Positions 26,811 to 38,152 of a stretch of DNA of 64,000 bases are shown piece by piece (position 1 is the stretch's first letter; every line of letters starts with the position of its first letter). Source of the DNA: a virus (taxonomy: Duplodnaviria; Caudoviricetes); IMG/VR virus record IMGVR_UViG_3300047281_000029, positions 1,013-65,012 of that record; one strand, written 5' to 3'. The notes beneath the pieces are model-generated. The model saw only the letters and a list, made by a program, of their open reading frames with translations, searched no databases and was not told where the DNA came from. Position numbers and translations under genes: made by a program.

Positions 26811-28211
26811 ATGGCAGGATCAGTACAGCCAACCCCAGGGTTCGCATTACAACCTAGTGCTACAAGACAAACTTTAAGCACTAACTACATTACAAATTTT
26901 GACTTCTTGAATCAGTATCTTCCTGATACTTATGAAAAAGAATTCGAACGTTACGGAAATCGTTCAGTTGCATCTTTCTTAAGAGCAGTTGGAGCTGAGA
27001 TGCCGTCTAACTCAGACCTTATCAAATGGGCAGAGCAAGGTCGTCTTCACACTAAATACATCGACTGTTCGTCTGATGCTGCTGTTGGTGGAGATACTGC
27101 TACAATTACAGTTGATGATGCTTTAACAGGATCTATCGCTTTCAAACCAGGGCAAACAGTTTTCTTATCAGATAACGCTGCTGCTGCTAACTCTAACAAA
27201 GCTATCATTACTTCAGTAGATTATGCTGCTGGTACTTTTGATGTTGCTTACTACGAAGCTGCTGGTCAATCTTTTGCTGCTACTGCTACAGTAACTGCTT
27301 TTGTTTATGGTTCTGAATTCAAAAAAGGAACTGAAGGTCAAACTGAATCTTTAGAGGCTCAAGACGATATATTCGAAAACAGCCCAATCATCATCAAAGA
27401 GAAGTACGCTGTTTCTGGATCTGACATGGCTCAAATCGGATGGGTTGAAGTAACTACTGAAAATGGAGCTACTGGATACTTATGGTACATTAAATCTGAG
27501 CACGAAACTCGTTTGCGTTTCGAAGATTACTTAGAAATGTCTATGATCGAAGCTGTACCTGCTGAAGCTAATTCAGGAGCTATCGCTAACACTGCTTTTG
27601 GAAACAAAGGATCAGAAGGTTTATTCTACGCTGTAGGACAAAGAGGTAACGTATGGGCTGGTGGAAATCCAACTGCATTATCTGACTTTGACGCTATCAT
27701 CCAACGTTTGGACAAACAAGGAGCTATCGAAGAAAACGTATTGTTCTTGAACCGTCAGTTCTCTTTCGATATCGACGATATGTTGGCTGCTCAAAACTCT
27801 TACGGTGCTAATGGTACTTCTTATGGTTTGTTTGACAACGATAAAGATATGGCATTGAACTTAGGATTTACAGGTTTCCGTAGAGGTTACGATTTCTACA
27901 AAACTGACTGGAAATACTTGAACGACGCTACACTTAGAGGTGGAGTAGTTGGTGGAGCTATTAATGGTGTATTAGTTCCTGCTGGATCTACTACTGTTTA
28001 CGATCAAGTTCTTGGTAAAAACGCTAAACGTCCATTCTTACACGTTCGTTATAGAGCTTCTGAGACTGAAGACAGACGTTACAAAACTTGGATTACTGGT
28101 TCTGCTGGTGGAGCACAAACTTCTAGCTTAGATGCTATGGAAGTTCACTTCTTGTCAGAAAGAGCTTTATGTACTTTAGGTGCTAACAACTTCTTCTTGT
28201 TCGAGAACTAG
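26811..28211 (+). CDS. Major capsid protein
   Basis: 466 aa, strong codon bias, position, followed by terminator. Confidence 0.85.
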   Translation: MAGSVQPTPGFALQPSATRQTLSTNYITNFDFLNQYLPDTYEKEFERYGNRSVASFLRAVGAEMPSNSDLIKWAEQGRLHTKYIDCSSDAAVGGDTATITVDDALTGSIAFKPGQTVFLSDNAAAANSNKAIITSVDYAAGTFDVAYYEAAGQSFAATATVTAFVYGSEFKKGTEGQTESLEAQDDIFENSPIIIKEKYAVSGSDMAQIGWVEVTTENGATGYLWYIKSEHETRLRFEDYLEMSMIEAVPAEANSGAIANTAFGNKGSEGLFYAVGQRGNVWAGGNPTALSDFDAIIQRLDKQGAIEENVLFLNRQFSFDIDDMLAAQNSYGANGTSYGLFDNDKDMALNLGFTGFRRGYDFYKTDWKYLNDATLRGGVVGGAINGVLVPAGSTTVYDQVLGKNAKRPFLHVRYRASETEDRRYKTWITGSAGGAQTSSLDAMEVHFLSERALCTLGANNFFLFEN

Positions 28212-28226
28212 AAAATAGTTATAATA

Positions 28227-28258
28227 AACCAGGGTGTAACAGCCCTGGTTATTTTTTT
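28227..28258 (+). terminator. Intrinsic terminator after the capsid gene
   Basis: AACCAGGG...CCCTGGTT followed by T7. Confidence 0.8.
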
Positions 28259-28277
28259 AAAATTTAAATCTTATCAA

Positions 28278-29018
28278 ATGAAAAATCAAGCTATGCCCGT
28301 AGACAAGATCTACGTACTTAAGAAAAAACACACTCCGTTATCCTACATGTTGTCATCTAGAAATACTCATAGAGCACCATTGTTATACTTCGACGGACAA
28401 TCAAACAGACCTTTAAGATATGCAGTTAACCAGAAGAGTCCTTTCGAAGACGAACAGGATGGTAACGCTATTTTAGAACCTATTGTATTTGTGGATGGAG
28501 CCTTAAAGGTTTCTAAAACAAATCCTGTTTTACAAAAATTCTTAGAACTACACCCAGGTAATGGTAATGTATTCGAGGAAGTTAATACAGAGAAGGATGC
28601 TTCTTCTGATATTGATAAGTTAACAAGTGAATTAGATGCTCAGATTGCTGCTAGAGATTTAGATATTGACTCATTAGAGGCTGTAGCTAGAGTTCTATTA
28701 GGATCTAAGATCGAAAAAATGTCTACTGCTGAATTAAAGAGAGACGTATTTGTATACGCAAGAAACTATCCAACCTCATTCTTAGAGATGTTGAATGATC
28801 CAATGCTACAGTTACGTAATACTTGTGCTAAATTCTTCGAGTACGACTTGTTAAAGATGAAGAATAAGAATAGAGATATTTACTTCAATCTTCCACAAAA
28901 CAAGAAAAAATTATTGACTGTCCCATTCGGAGAGAATCATATTTACATATTAGCTTCTTACCTACAAACAGATGAAGGTATTGAAGTGTTGAGATTACTT
29001 GAGAATAAAATCGAGTAA
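28278..29018 (+). CDS. Conserved hypothetical protein in the structural module
   Basis: 246-aa ORF after the capsid gene. Confidence 0.75.
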   Translation: MKNQAMPVDKIYVLKKKHTPLSYMLSSRNTHRAPLLYFDGQSNRPLRYAVNQKSPFEDEQDGNAILEPIVFVDGALKVSKTNPVLQKFLELHPGNGNVFEEVNTEKDASSDIDKLTSELDAQIAARDLDIDSLEAVARVLLGSKIEKMSTAELKRDVFVYARNYPTSFLEMLNDPMLQLRNTCAKFFEYDLLKMKNKNRDIYFNLPQNKKKLLTVPFGENHIYILASYLQTDEGIEVLRLLENKIE

Positions 29019-29040
29019 ATTACTTTTCTTTTCATGCTTA

Positions 29041-29070
29041 AAGGCGCTCTTTTACGGGGCGCTTTTTTTT
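29041..29070 (+). terminator. Intrinsic terminator
   Basis: GCGCTC TTTTAC GGGGCGC followed by T8. Confidence 0.75.
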
Positions 29071-29096
29071 ATTATCTTTGTAAAAAGTTTTTAAGA

Positions 29097-29786
29097 ATGA
29101 TAAACTCAGTAAGAAATACTGTGCTGTCTGTAGCTAACAAGAATAATTTTGGGTATATTACTCCGGATGACTTCAACTTGTATGCTAAGCAAGCTCAATT
29201 AGATATATTTGAAGACTACTTCTATCAGTATAATACATGGATACTAAAGCAGAACGCTAGACAGTCAGGAAGCGGATACGCTGATATTGTAAAGAACGTA
29301 GAAGAGGTTATTGATAGCCTATCTTCAACAGCCACATTGACATACTCGTCTCCTACATTTAATTTACCTAGTGATTTTTACTATTTAAATACAGTAAGAT
29401 ACGGATCAAAAGAAATTGACAGGGTATCACAAGATAAGATACTTAATCTACTTTCATCTAATCTAACATCTCCGTCGGTACTTTATCCTGCGTATATCTT
29501 AGAGGGTGACAGTATCAAGGTATACCCAACATCTATAGTCTCAAATGTTAGTACTCAGTACATTAGATACCCTAGGGATCCTAAGTGGACGTATACTTCA
29601 TTACTAGGAGGAGAGCCGTTGTTTAATCAATCAGCATCTGACTATCAGGACTTTGAATTACCACTAACAGACGAGCCTTTACTAACGGCTAAGATACTTC
29701 AGTTCGCTGGTATATCTATTAGAGAAGCAGATGTATTCTCATTCGGAACAAGTGAAGAAGTTAAGAATCAACAAACTCAAGGATAA
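29097..29786 (+). CDS. Tail tubular / head-tail ring protein (start 29097)
   Basis: GYITPDDFN.YAKQAQ...IKVYP...YIRYP pattern; upstream in-frame extension overlaps a terminator. Confidence 0.65.
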   Translation: MINSVRNTVLSVANKNNFGYITPDDFNLYAKQAQLDIFEDYFYQYNTWILKQNARQSGSGYADIVKNVEEVIDSLSSTATLTYSSPTFNLPSDFYYLNTVRYGSKEIDRVSQDKILNLLSSNLTSPSVLYPAYILEGDSIKVYPTSIVSNVSTQYIRYPRDPKWTYTSLLGGEPLFNQSASDYQDFELPLTDEPLLTAKILQFAGISIREADVFSFGTSEEVKNQQTQG

Positions 29787-29788
29787 TA

Positions 29789-30706
29789 ATGGCATACTTA
29801 ACTGGTTATCAATACTATGAGAATTCAGGTAATATACCTGAAAATGAAAATTGGGGATCATACCAATACATATCATTGGAAGATATTGTGAACAACTTTA
29901 TGCTTATGTATGTTGGTAATGATAAATTAATAAACAACGTACAGAGGTATAATGTTTTATTCCATGCAAAGAGAGGAATTCAAGAAATAAATTACGATGC
30001 CCTTAAAGAGATTAAGGTACTAGAGATTAATATCTGTGACGATCTTAAGTTTATATTACCAAACGACTACGTAAATTACGTTAGAATATCTTTATATAAA
30101 GACGGAGTACTAAGACCTCTTACTGAAAACATTCAAACAAACTATAGCAATAGTTACTTACAAGATAACAACTGTAGGGTTTTATTTGATCAGGATGGAA
30201 ACATACTGGAAGGTACTTCTATTTTAGATTACGATAGGGTTACTGACAAACAAAAAACAATGTACCCTGGAAGCGGAATGTACGCTGGTAGAGAGGGTGT
30301 AAATATAGATCAGAACTGGTACTTTGATTATGCTATCGGAGCTAACTATGGTTTAAATACTGAAACGGCAAACGTAAATCCTACATATAGAATTGACAAG
30401 GCTTCTGGAGTAATCAACTTTGGATCAGGTATGGCCGGAGAGTTATGTATTTTAGAGTACATTTCTGACGGAATGCAGGATGGAGATGATTCTAAGGTTA
30501 GCATCAATAAGATGGCAGAAGAGTTTATATATGCTTATATTAAGTATGCTATATTAAACGCTAAGGTTGGTGTACAAGAGTACATAGTTAACAGAGCTAA
30601 GAAAGACAAGACAGCACTTCTAAGAAACGCAAAAATAAGATTGAGTAATATTCATCCAGGAAGATTGTTGATGAATATGAGAGGTCGTGATAAATGGATT
30701 AAGTAA
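29789..30706 (+). CDS. Tail ring / structural protein
   Basis: LPNDYVNYVRIS, LEYISDG motifs; position before the stabilisation protein. Confidence 0.65.
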   Translation: MAYLTGYQYYENSGNIPENENWGSYQYISLEDIVNNFMLMYVGNDKLINNVQRYNVLFHAKRGIQEINYDALKEIKVLEINICDDLKFILPNDYVNYVRISLYKDGVLRPLTENIQTNYSNSYLQDNNCRVLFDQDGNILEGTSILDYDRVTDKQKTMYPGSGMYAGREGVNIDQNWYFDYAIGANYGLNTETANVNPTYRIDKASGVINFGSGMAGELCILEYISDGMQDGDDSKVSINKMAEEFIYAYIKYAILNAKVGVQEYIVNRAKKDKTALLRNAKIRLSNIHPGRLLMNMRGRDKWIK

Positions 30707-30711
30707 GACAT

Positions 30712-33700
30712 ATGGCAAATATTGATGTAAATTTTATTGCCGGTAGAATGAACAAAGATTTTGACGAGCGTGTAGTTCCTGCTGGGGAGTACATTGACGC
30801 GTTAAATATCAGGGTAGGATCTACTGAGAACAATAGTGTAGGTGCTGTAGAAAATACCAAGGGTAATATAAAATTAACAAGCCTTCAATACAACGGAGTT
30901 CCTCTAGTAGGAGCTAGATGTATTGGTGCATACGAGGACGGATCTAACGAGACATTATACTGGCTTGTAACATCTGCCACTGTTGATATGGTGGTGTCTT
31001 TTAATACAGAAAAGAGCTTACTAAAGTACCACGTTGTATCTGAGGATGTACTTAACTTTGATCCTGAGTACTTAGTAACTGGTATTAACTTAATTGATAA
31101 CCTATTATTTTGGACGGACAACTTAAATCCGCCTAGAAAAATAAATATAAATAGAAACTACCCAGAACCAATAGGTGGGGTAGATCAAATTGATGAGAGT
31201 GATATATCTGTGATAGTTGCTCCTCCATCATCTGCACCTGAAATTTCACTATTACTTGTTCCTAGAGAAGAAAATTATATGACTAATAAGTTCATATCAT
31301 TTGCTTATAGATATAAGTATAAGGATGGAGAGTACAGTGCACTATCTCAATTTAGTGATATAGCATTTGAACCAGGTGGTTTTGGTCTTGATTACTCTAC
31401 ATTTGAGAATTCAGGAATGGAGAACATATTCAACTCTGTTAATGTAAAATTTAATACAGGAAGTGATAATGTTGTAGGTATAGATATCTGCTTTAAACTA
31501 TCAGACTCTAGCGTGATAAATGTTGTAGAAAAATACAATAAATCTCAAGAGGGATGGGCTGATAACAAAACTGAGCAGATTACATTTACAAATAAAAAAG
31601 TATATACTACCCTTACAGAGAGTGAACTTCTTCGTGTCTTTGACAACGTTCCTAGATTAGCTAAGGCACAAACTGTTATGGGTAACAGGTTAATGTACGG
31701 AAACTACGTCGACGGATATAATATTACAGATGAATATGGTAATCAAATAGATATTGATTACGATCTTGATTTAATGTCTGAGAACATTGGTTTTGTTGAG
31801 TTACCAGTTTCTCTAGATACTGGATCAAATTATACTATAGATCCTTCTAGTACTAAGACTATAAACGATGCTCAATTCAATATAGACTTGACAGGTGTGC
31901 CTCTAATTAGTGGATCATATCTTTCAATTAATATAACATTACAGCACGAATCATATTCTGGAGATGCTTCATATACAAATCCACCTAGAAATGATTTTGA
32001 ATACGACTTAGTATTTAATATTCAAAAGAACTATAGTAGCGTATATGAGTTAGCTACTAGTCAAGAATTTATAGATGCAATATCAACTCATAAAGTATAC
32101 GCTGACGCGTGCACTGGTACATCGGTAACAGATGCTTTTAACTGTCAGATAATTGCAAAATCAGGATGGACTGAAATAGGAACTGGTATAATTGATGCTA
32201 CAGGAAGTTTTACAATATCATCATCTTTAGGTTCTGATATAATTAGTATTCAAATTCCAGCTATAAAGTTTGGATTTGAAACATCTCCTGGTGTGTTTGT
32301 ATATGCTTATGAGTACCTTTCAAATACCAACACTTCCGCTAGTTTTTCAGCTATAGGTTCTAATCGGAGTCTTCATAGTAACAGAGATTACGAGGTAGCT
32401 ATTGTGTATATGGACGAATATAGTCGTAGCTCTACTGCCTTAGTAGATACTAATAATACAATTTTTGTTCCTCCATATAATTCAGATAAAAAGAATTACA
32501 TAAGAGCAAGCATAAAAAGTAAAGCTCCAAGCTGGGCTACTAAGTATAAGTTTGTAGTAAAACCATCTAAGAGTCAGTACCAAGTTGTATACTCTAATGT
32601 TTTCTTTCAAGAAGATTCTGGTTTTACTTGGTTTAAATTAGAAGGTGATAATAGAAGTAAGGTTCAAGAGGACTCAACTTTAATTGTTAAGGCCGACTCT
32701 AACGGAGTTATGAAGAGCTTAATAAAAACTAAGGTTCTTGCTCTAGAGGCTCAACCTAGAGACTTTATTAAGGATAATAAGAATTCAGCAGGTCAAGATA
32801 TTATAGAGCCAGCAGGGATGTATATGAGGCTTAAGGCTTCTAACTTTTCATCAGAATATACTGAGAATTCATTTATAGATGAAGGGGAGATAAGTGAAGC
32901 TGGAAGTTATGCTAATTTAAATTACCCTTGCTATATAGATAATCCATTATTTGGACAAGCTGGAGAATTACAATTTGCTCCTTACGATATACCTGCTGGA
33001 AGTTTAATAAACATTAACTTTACATTAACCAGAGATGCGGCCGGAGATAGTTGTGGTAATAGAACGTACGTGTTTAATAAATCATTTACAGCATCTCAAT
33101 ACTACACTAGTTTGTATAACTTTATAATAGGTGATCAAATCAATTTAGAAGCTGGAGATAGCACTGGAGGTGACGCTACAGTAAATAAGAACGACTTTAA
33201 TAAAAACTTAGTTAGTCCTTACACAGGAAATATTAATGCTATACCTGGTACTAACCAGTACGAATTCCAATATGATACGACAAATGGAAGATTATTCTTT
33301 GTAATTAAGAGTGGTACTCCTAACTGTAGTGGAAAGAAATCAAGAGTTATTTGCCATATACAGGTACAAAGAACCGAATCATTAATTGTATTCGAAACAG
33401 AAGCTGCCGATGCTAACGATGAGACTTATTTTGAAGGAAGTGAATCATTTGATATTATCAATGGTTATCATCAAGGTAACGTTACTAATCAGTCATCTGG
33501 AATTCCAGCTGTAGTTGATTTAAACTTTTTTGACTGCTTTTCGTTTGGTAATGGAGTTGAGAGTTATAAAATTGGAGACTCGTTAACTGGAGCTCCGTTT
33601 TATTTAGGAAGTAGGGTTACTGCTGTTTCTCAAGAAGAATTTAAAGAAGCACATAGATACGCTGGAATAACATACAGCGGAATATATAATGAAGAGACTA

Positions 33701-36700
33701 ATGTAAATAAATTAAATGAATTTAATTTAGCGTTAGCAAACTTTAAGGACTGTGAGAAATCATTTGGTCCAATTAATATACTTCACGGAAGAAAAACAGA
33801 CGTACTTACATTACAAGAGGATAAGATATCTTATGTATTAGCCGGTAAGAATTTACTTTCTGATGCAGCCGGAGGAGGAGCTATCACGTCTGTACCTGAG
33901 GTTCTTGGTACACAAATATCTAGAATTGAAGAGTTTGGTATTAGTAATGACGCTGCTAGTTTTGCTTCATGGGGAGAGGATATATACTTTACAGATACCA
34001 AAAGAACATCTGTTATTAATTTAAAGGGAGGCGCTTCTCAATCTGATAACTTAATTCCTATATCTAGACTAGGTATGAATGGATGGTTTAGAGATAACTT
34101 TAAAAATAAAATAAACTATCAAAAACTTGGTGGATATGATCCTTACTTAAAGGAGTATGTTTTATCTGTTAATGATGAAAAATTACCAGCACCTATTGAA
34201 ACATTTGACTGTGGATTCACTGTATCTCAGGATGGATCTAATGAAGAGTTAAAGTTTAATTTAGAGTACGGTAAGATTATAGGTGAGGCTTCTTTTGATT
34301 ATAACTTTGAAAGCGGATCAGCTCATATACTTGTACAGTATAATGGAGAAGTTGTTATAGATGATGAAATATCTGGATCTGGTTCTGTTTCATTTAATAA
34401 GGACATAATTAATCCTACATCCGCATTAGTTACTATAACTCCTTACTACGCTACATATAATATTTTATCAAACTGTGTTGAATCAGATCAGATAACTGTT
34501 ATTAGAATTGTAGTTAACTCACCATCAAATGAAGGACAGACTACTCATAATAATTATAACTGGTCACTTAACGGATATAATAGTCCTACAAATATTGACT
34601 TTGTATTATTAGAGTCTGACGGAGTATCTCTTTATCAGTCAATTACTGGTCCAGTATCTGTGGGTGTTATACCTTCATTTGGCAGTACAATTAAAATGCA
34701 GTCTGATAAATACATTACGGATACGTTTGATTTTGATCCTGCATCTAATTCTCTTAAATATTTAGTATCTGATACTTTATATACAGAATCAGACATAAAT
34801 ACACTAAGACCTTTATTAAATACAGCTACACCTATAATAAATCCATCTAGTGGTAAATTTGAATCTTCATTTGTTTATAACAATCCAAGTAAGCTTCAGT
34901 ACCTTTATTTAGTTTGGGATTTATTAAATGCTTACAGCGTTGGATTATGTTACAGCGATATAAGCGGAGAAGATGCTTGTATTACTTGTATACCAGTTAA
35001 CTGTGAAGTATCAGAATGGTCTGAGTGGTCTGATTGTATTGACGGAGTTCAAACAAGAACTAGAACAGTTGTTGTTCCTGCTGAAAATGGAGGTACTGAA
35101 TGTCCATCGTTAATAGATACAAGAATTTGCGGATATGATATAGATCTTTGTTACGACGATTTAAGCGCTCAGTTGGCTTGTAACTGCGGAGTACCAACTG
35201 TAAATTGCGAGGTTTCTGCATGGTCTGAATGGTCTGAATGTATCGATGGTACTCAGAGCAGAACTAGAACAATTGTAGTTCCACCTACAGGTGGTGGTAA
35301 TTCATGCCCGCCTTTAACAGAGACAAGGGACTGTGTTCCTGTAGTTAACTGTCAAGTATCTGAGTGGTCAGAATGGTCTACGTGCGATGACGGATATCAG
35401 TCTAGAACTAGAACTGTTATAGTTCCGCCATCTGGTGGAGGTCAAGCTTGTCCTGAATTATCAGAAACACGTACTTGCTCAAGCATAAACATAACAAACG
35501 CATCATGTAACAATGAAAACGGTAGTACTGTCACAAAAAGATTTACTATAGCTATTGGTAATGCTCCTGCAACATACACAATTGAAACCGGAACAGTTGT
35601 TAATCCAGCTGGTCTAGAGTATACTATATCTTCTGCTCCTGGTAATTCATTTATACAGATTGTATTTATGCCTGCTGTTACTTACGGTAATGAATTCTCT
35701 ATTGAATTATTATTGAAAAATTCAACAGGGGCTGTTGTAGGTACAAATGTTACACAAACTGTATACGGAAATTACGAAAGCTTTTTACCATCTTGTACCC
35801 CAGTAAACTGTGTAGTTTCTGAGTGGTCTGCTTGGTCAGATTGTGTTGATAATGTATCTACAAGAACACGTACTATTATTACTCAACCTAGCGGTGGAGG
35901 AGAAGCATGCCCTACTCTTACAGAGTCAAGGGATTGTGCAAACTGTGAAGTATCAGAATGGTCTGCTTGGTCTACATGTTCAGACGGACTTCAAACTAGA
36001 ACAAGAACAATTGTGACTGAACCATACAACGGAGGTACTGCATGTCCTACATTATCTGAAACAAGGACATGTTCAGGAATAGATATAACAGATACGATAT
36101 GTAATTCGGATGGAGGAAGTACTATTACTAAGAGATTTAGAATAGCATTAACTGACGCTCCTGCTACTTACACTATTGTGGCTGGCTCTGTAATTAATCC
36201 TGCGGGTCTTGAGTACTCTATAGTACCTACTCCTGGAGATGCTTACATACAGGTTGCATTTAAACCTGCACTTACTTATGGAAATGAGTTTTCTATTCAA
36301 TTACTATTAAAGAATTCTACAGGTGTTACTGTAGGTATGAGTGGTACAGAGACGTTATATGGTAACTACCAAAGCTTCTTACCATCATGCTTCCCTGTTA
36401 ACTGTGTAGTGTCTGAATGGTCTGAATGGTCTTCATGTGTTAATAACGTTTCTACAAGAACTAGAACTATTATTACTCCAGCTTCAGGCGGAGGAACACC
36501 TTGTCCAGTATTGACAGAATCAAGAGACTGTGCAAACTGTGAGGTTTCAGCTTGGTCAGATTGGTCAGCCTGTACTGATGGTTTAGAGACAAGAACAAGA
36601 ACGGTAATTACACAACCATACAATGGAGGTACAGCGTGCCCTATATTATCAGAGACAAGAACTTGTTCAACCATAGCTTTAACAACTACAATATGTAATA

Positions 36701-38127
36701 CTGATGGTGGTAGCACCATTACCAAAAGGTTTAGAATATCTATCGGTAACGCTCCTGCAACATATACTATTCAAGCTGGAACTGTAGTTAATCCTGCTGG
36801 ATTAGAGTACTCAATAGTGCCTACTCCTGGTGATTCTTATTTACAAGTTATATTTAGACCTTCAGTTACTTACGGTAGCGAGTTCTCTATAGAATTATTA
36901 TTGAAAAATTCTACTGGAATAACAGTTGGTACTAATGTTAGTCAAACAGTATATGGTAACTATCAGAGCTTCTTACCTTCTTGCTTTCCTGTAAACTGTG
37001 TGGTATCTGAATGGTCAGCATGGTCAGATTGTATTGGAGGAACTCAAAGTAGAACTAGAACAATTATTACTCAGCCTAGTGGAGGTGGAACTCCTTGTCC
37101 TCCTTTATCAGAGACAAGAGACTGCCCTGTAGATTGCGTTGTATCTGAATGGTCAGCGTGGTCAGATTGCGTTGGAGGAACTCAAAGTAGAACTCGTACA
37201 GTAATTACACCAGCTATTAATGGCGGAACTCCATGCCCAGTATTATCAGAGACAAGAGATTGTCCTGTAGACTGTGTTGTTTCAGAATGGTCGGCCTGGT
37301 CAGCATGTTCTGATGGTTTAGAGACTAGAACACGTACAGTAATTACTCCAGCTATTAACGGAGGTACTCCTTGTCCAGTATTGTCAGAAACTAGAACATG
37401 TTCAGGAATAACCCTAACAAGCACTATATGTAATACTGACGGTGGAAGTACTGTTACTAAAAGGTTTAGAATAGCATTAACTAATGCTCCTTCAACATAT
37501 ACTATTGTTGCTGGAACAGTAAACAACTACGCTGGACTAAACTACTCTATAGTAGCTACTCCTGGGGATTCTTACTTACAAGTAGAATTTAAACCTTCAA
37601 TTACGTATGGTAATGAGTTTTCTATTCAGTTATTGTTGAAAAACTCTACCGGTACAATAGTAGGTGAAAGCAGTCTTCAGACTGTTTATGGAAATTATCA
37701 AAGTTTCTTACCTGGTTGTTATCCTGTTAACTGTCAAGTTTCAGCTTGGTCTGAATGGTCAGCTTGTGTTGATGGCATAGAGACAAGAACAAGAACTATC
37801 ATAACTCATCCTTCAGGCGGAGGAGAGCCTTGCCCTCCTTTAACAGAAACTAGAGGATGTTATGTGCCACCAACAAGTTATCCTTTTACATTCTCTGTTA
37901 GTTCAAGTTATGATTTCTTTGAATCTTGTCTTTTCTATGATATGGGATTAACTTTATGGGGAGCAAGTGATAGCTTATCTTATATGATGAGTAACGGACT
38001 TGCTTTATATGAAGATCAAAACTTAACAATTCCTTTTGATGGACAAAATAAATTTAGAAGTACTGGTGATGGGTTTACTTGGTCGATAGATTCAAACGGA
38101 ATAATTACAGGATTAGAAAATTGTTAA
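30712..38127 (+). CDS. Tail stabilisation (muzzle/nozzle-like) protein with a C-terminal array of TSP1 repeats
   Basis: GRMNKDFDER.VP.GEYIDALNI, LLFWTDNLNPPRKIN, GNRLMYGNY motifs; repeats in the last ~1050 aa. Confidence 0.8.
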   Translation: MANIDVNFIAGRMNKDFDERVVPAGEYIDALNIRVGSTENNSVGAVENTKGNIKLTSLQYNGVPLVGARCIGAYEDGSNETLYWLVTSATVDMVVSFNTEKSLLKYHVVSEDVLNFDPEYLVTGINLIDNLLFWTDNLNPPRKININRNYPEPIGGVDQIDESDISVIVAPPSSAPEISLLLVPREENYMTNKFISFAYRYKYKDGEYSALSQFSDIAFEPGGFGLDYSTFENSGMENIFNSVNVKFNTGSDNVVGIDICFKLSDSSVINVVEKYNKSQEGWADNKTEQITFTNKKVYTTLTESELLRVFDNVPRLAKAQTVMGNRLMYGNYVDGYNITDEYGNQIDIDYDLDLMSENIGFVELPVSLDTGSNYTIDPSSTKTINDAQFNIDLTGVPLISGSYLSINITLQHESYSGDASYTNPPRNDFEYDLVFNIQKNYSSVYELATSQEFIDAISTHKVYADACTGTSVTDAFNCQIIAKSGWTEIGTGIIDATGSFTISSSLGSDIISIQIPAIKFGFETSPGVFVYAYEYLSNTNTSASFSAIGSNRSLHSNRDYEVAIVYMDEYSRSSTALVDTNNTIFVPPYNSDKKNYIRASIKSKAPSWATKYKFVVKPSKSQYQVVYSNVFFQEDSGFTWFKLEGDNRSKVQEDSTLIVKADSNGVMKSLIKTKVLALEAQPRDFIKDNKNSAGQDIIEPAGMYMRLKASNFSSEYTENSFIDEGEISEAGSYANLNYPCYIDNPLFGQAGELQFAPYDIPAGSLININFTLTRDAAGDSCGNRTYVFNKSFTASQYYTSLYNFIIGDQINLEAGDSTGGDATVNKNDFNKNLVSPYTGNINAIPGTNQYEFQYDTTNGRLFFVIKSGTPNCSGKKSRVICHIQVQRTESLIVFETEAADANDETYFEGSESFDIINGYHQGNVTNQSSGIPAVVDLNFFDCFSFGNGVESYKIGDSLTGAPFYLGSRVTAVSQEEFKEAHRYAGITYSGIYNEETNVNKLNEFNLALANFKDCEKSFGPINILHGRKTDVLTLQEDKISYVLAGKNLLSDAAGGGAITSVPEVLGTQISRIEEFGISNDAASFASWGEDIYFTDTKRTSVINLKGGASQSDNLIPISRLGMNGWFRDNFKNKINYQKLGGYDPYLKEYVLSVNDEKLPAPIETFDCGFTVSQDGSNEELKFNLEYGKIIGEASFDYNFESGSAHILVQYNGEVVIDDEISGSGSVSFNKDIINPTSALVTITPYYATYNILSNCVESDQITVIRIVVNSPSNEGQTTHNNYNWSLNGYNSPTNIDFVLLESDGVSLYQSITGPVSVGVIPSFGSTIKMQSDKYITDTFDFDPASNSLKYLVSDTLYTESDINTLRPLLNTATPIINPSSGKFESSFVYNNPSKLQYLYLVWDLLNAYSVGLCYSDISGEDACITCIPVNCEVSEWSEWSDCIDGVQTRTRTVVVPAENGGTECPSLIDTRICGYDIDLCYDDLSAQLACNCGVPTVNCEVSAWSEWSECIDGTQSRTRTIVVPPTGGGNSCPPLTETRDCVPVVNCQVSEWSEWSTCDDGYQSRTRTVIVPPSGGGQACPELSETRTCSSINITNASCNNENGSTVTKRFTIAIGNAPATYTIETGTVVNPAGLEYTISSAPGNSFIQIVFMPAVTYGNEFSIELLLKNSTGAVVGTNVTQTVYGNYESFLPSCTPVNCVVSEWSAWSDCVDNVSTRTRTIITQPSGGGEACPTLTESRDCANCEVSEWSAWSTCSDGLQTRTRTIVTEPYNGGTACPTLSETRTCSGIDITDTICNSDGGSTITKRFRIALTDAPATYTIVAGSVINPAGLEYSIVPTPGDAYIQVAFKPALTYGNEFSIQLLLKNSTGVTVGMSGTETLYGNYQSFLPSCFPVNCVVSEWSEWSSCVNNVSTRTRTIITPASGGGTPCPVLTESRDCANCEVSAWSDWSACTDGLETRTRTVITQPYNGGTACPILSETRTCSTIALTTTICNTDGGSTITKRFRISIGNAPATYTIQAGTVVNPAGLEYSIVPTPGDSYLQVIFRPSVTYGSEFSIELLLKNSTGITVGTNVSQTVYGNYQSFLPSCFPVNCVVSEWSAWSDCIGGTQSRTRTIITQPSGGGTPCPPLSETRDCPVDCVVSEWSAWSDCVGGTQSRTRTVITPAINGGTPCPVLSETRDCPVDCVVSEWSAWSACSDGLETRTRTVITPAINGGTPCPVLSETRTCSGITLTSTICNTDGGSTVTKRFRIALTNAPSTYTIVAGTVNNYAGLNYSIVATPGDSYLQVEFKPSITYGNEFSIQLLLKNSTGTIVGESSLQTVYGNYQSFLPGCYPVNCQVSAWSEWSACVDGIETRTRTIITHPSGGGEPCPPLTETRGCYVPPTSYPFTFSVSSSYDFFESCLFYDMGLTLWGASDSLSYMMSNGLALYEDQNLTIPFDGQNKFRSTGDGFTWSIDSNGIITGLENC
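35002..37860 (+). repeat. 11 thrombospondin type-1 (spondin-like) repeats interleaved with 4 copies of a ~105-aa domain
   Basis: C-x-VSxWSxWSxC...RTRT...P..GG..CP.L.E.R.C counted 11 times. Confidence 0.9.
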
Positions 38128-38152
38128 ATAAATAATAAATAAATAAACAACC

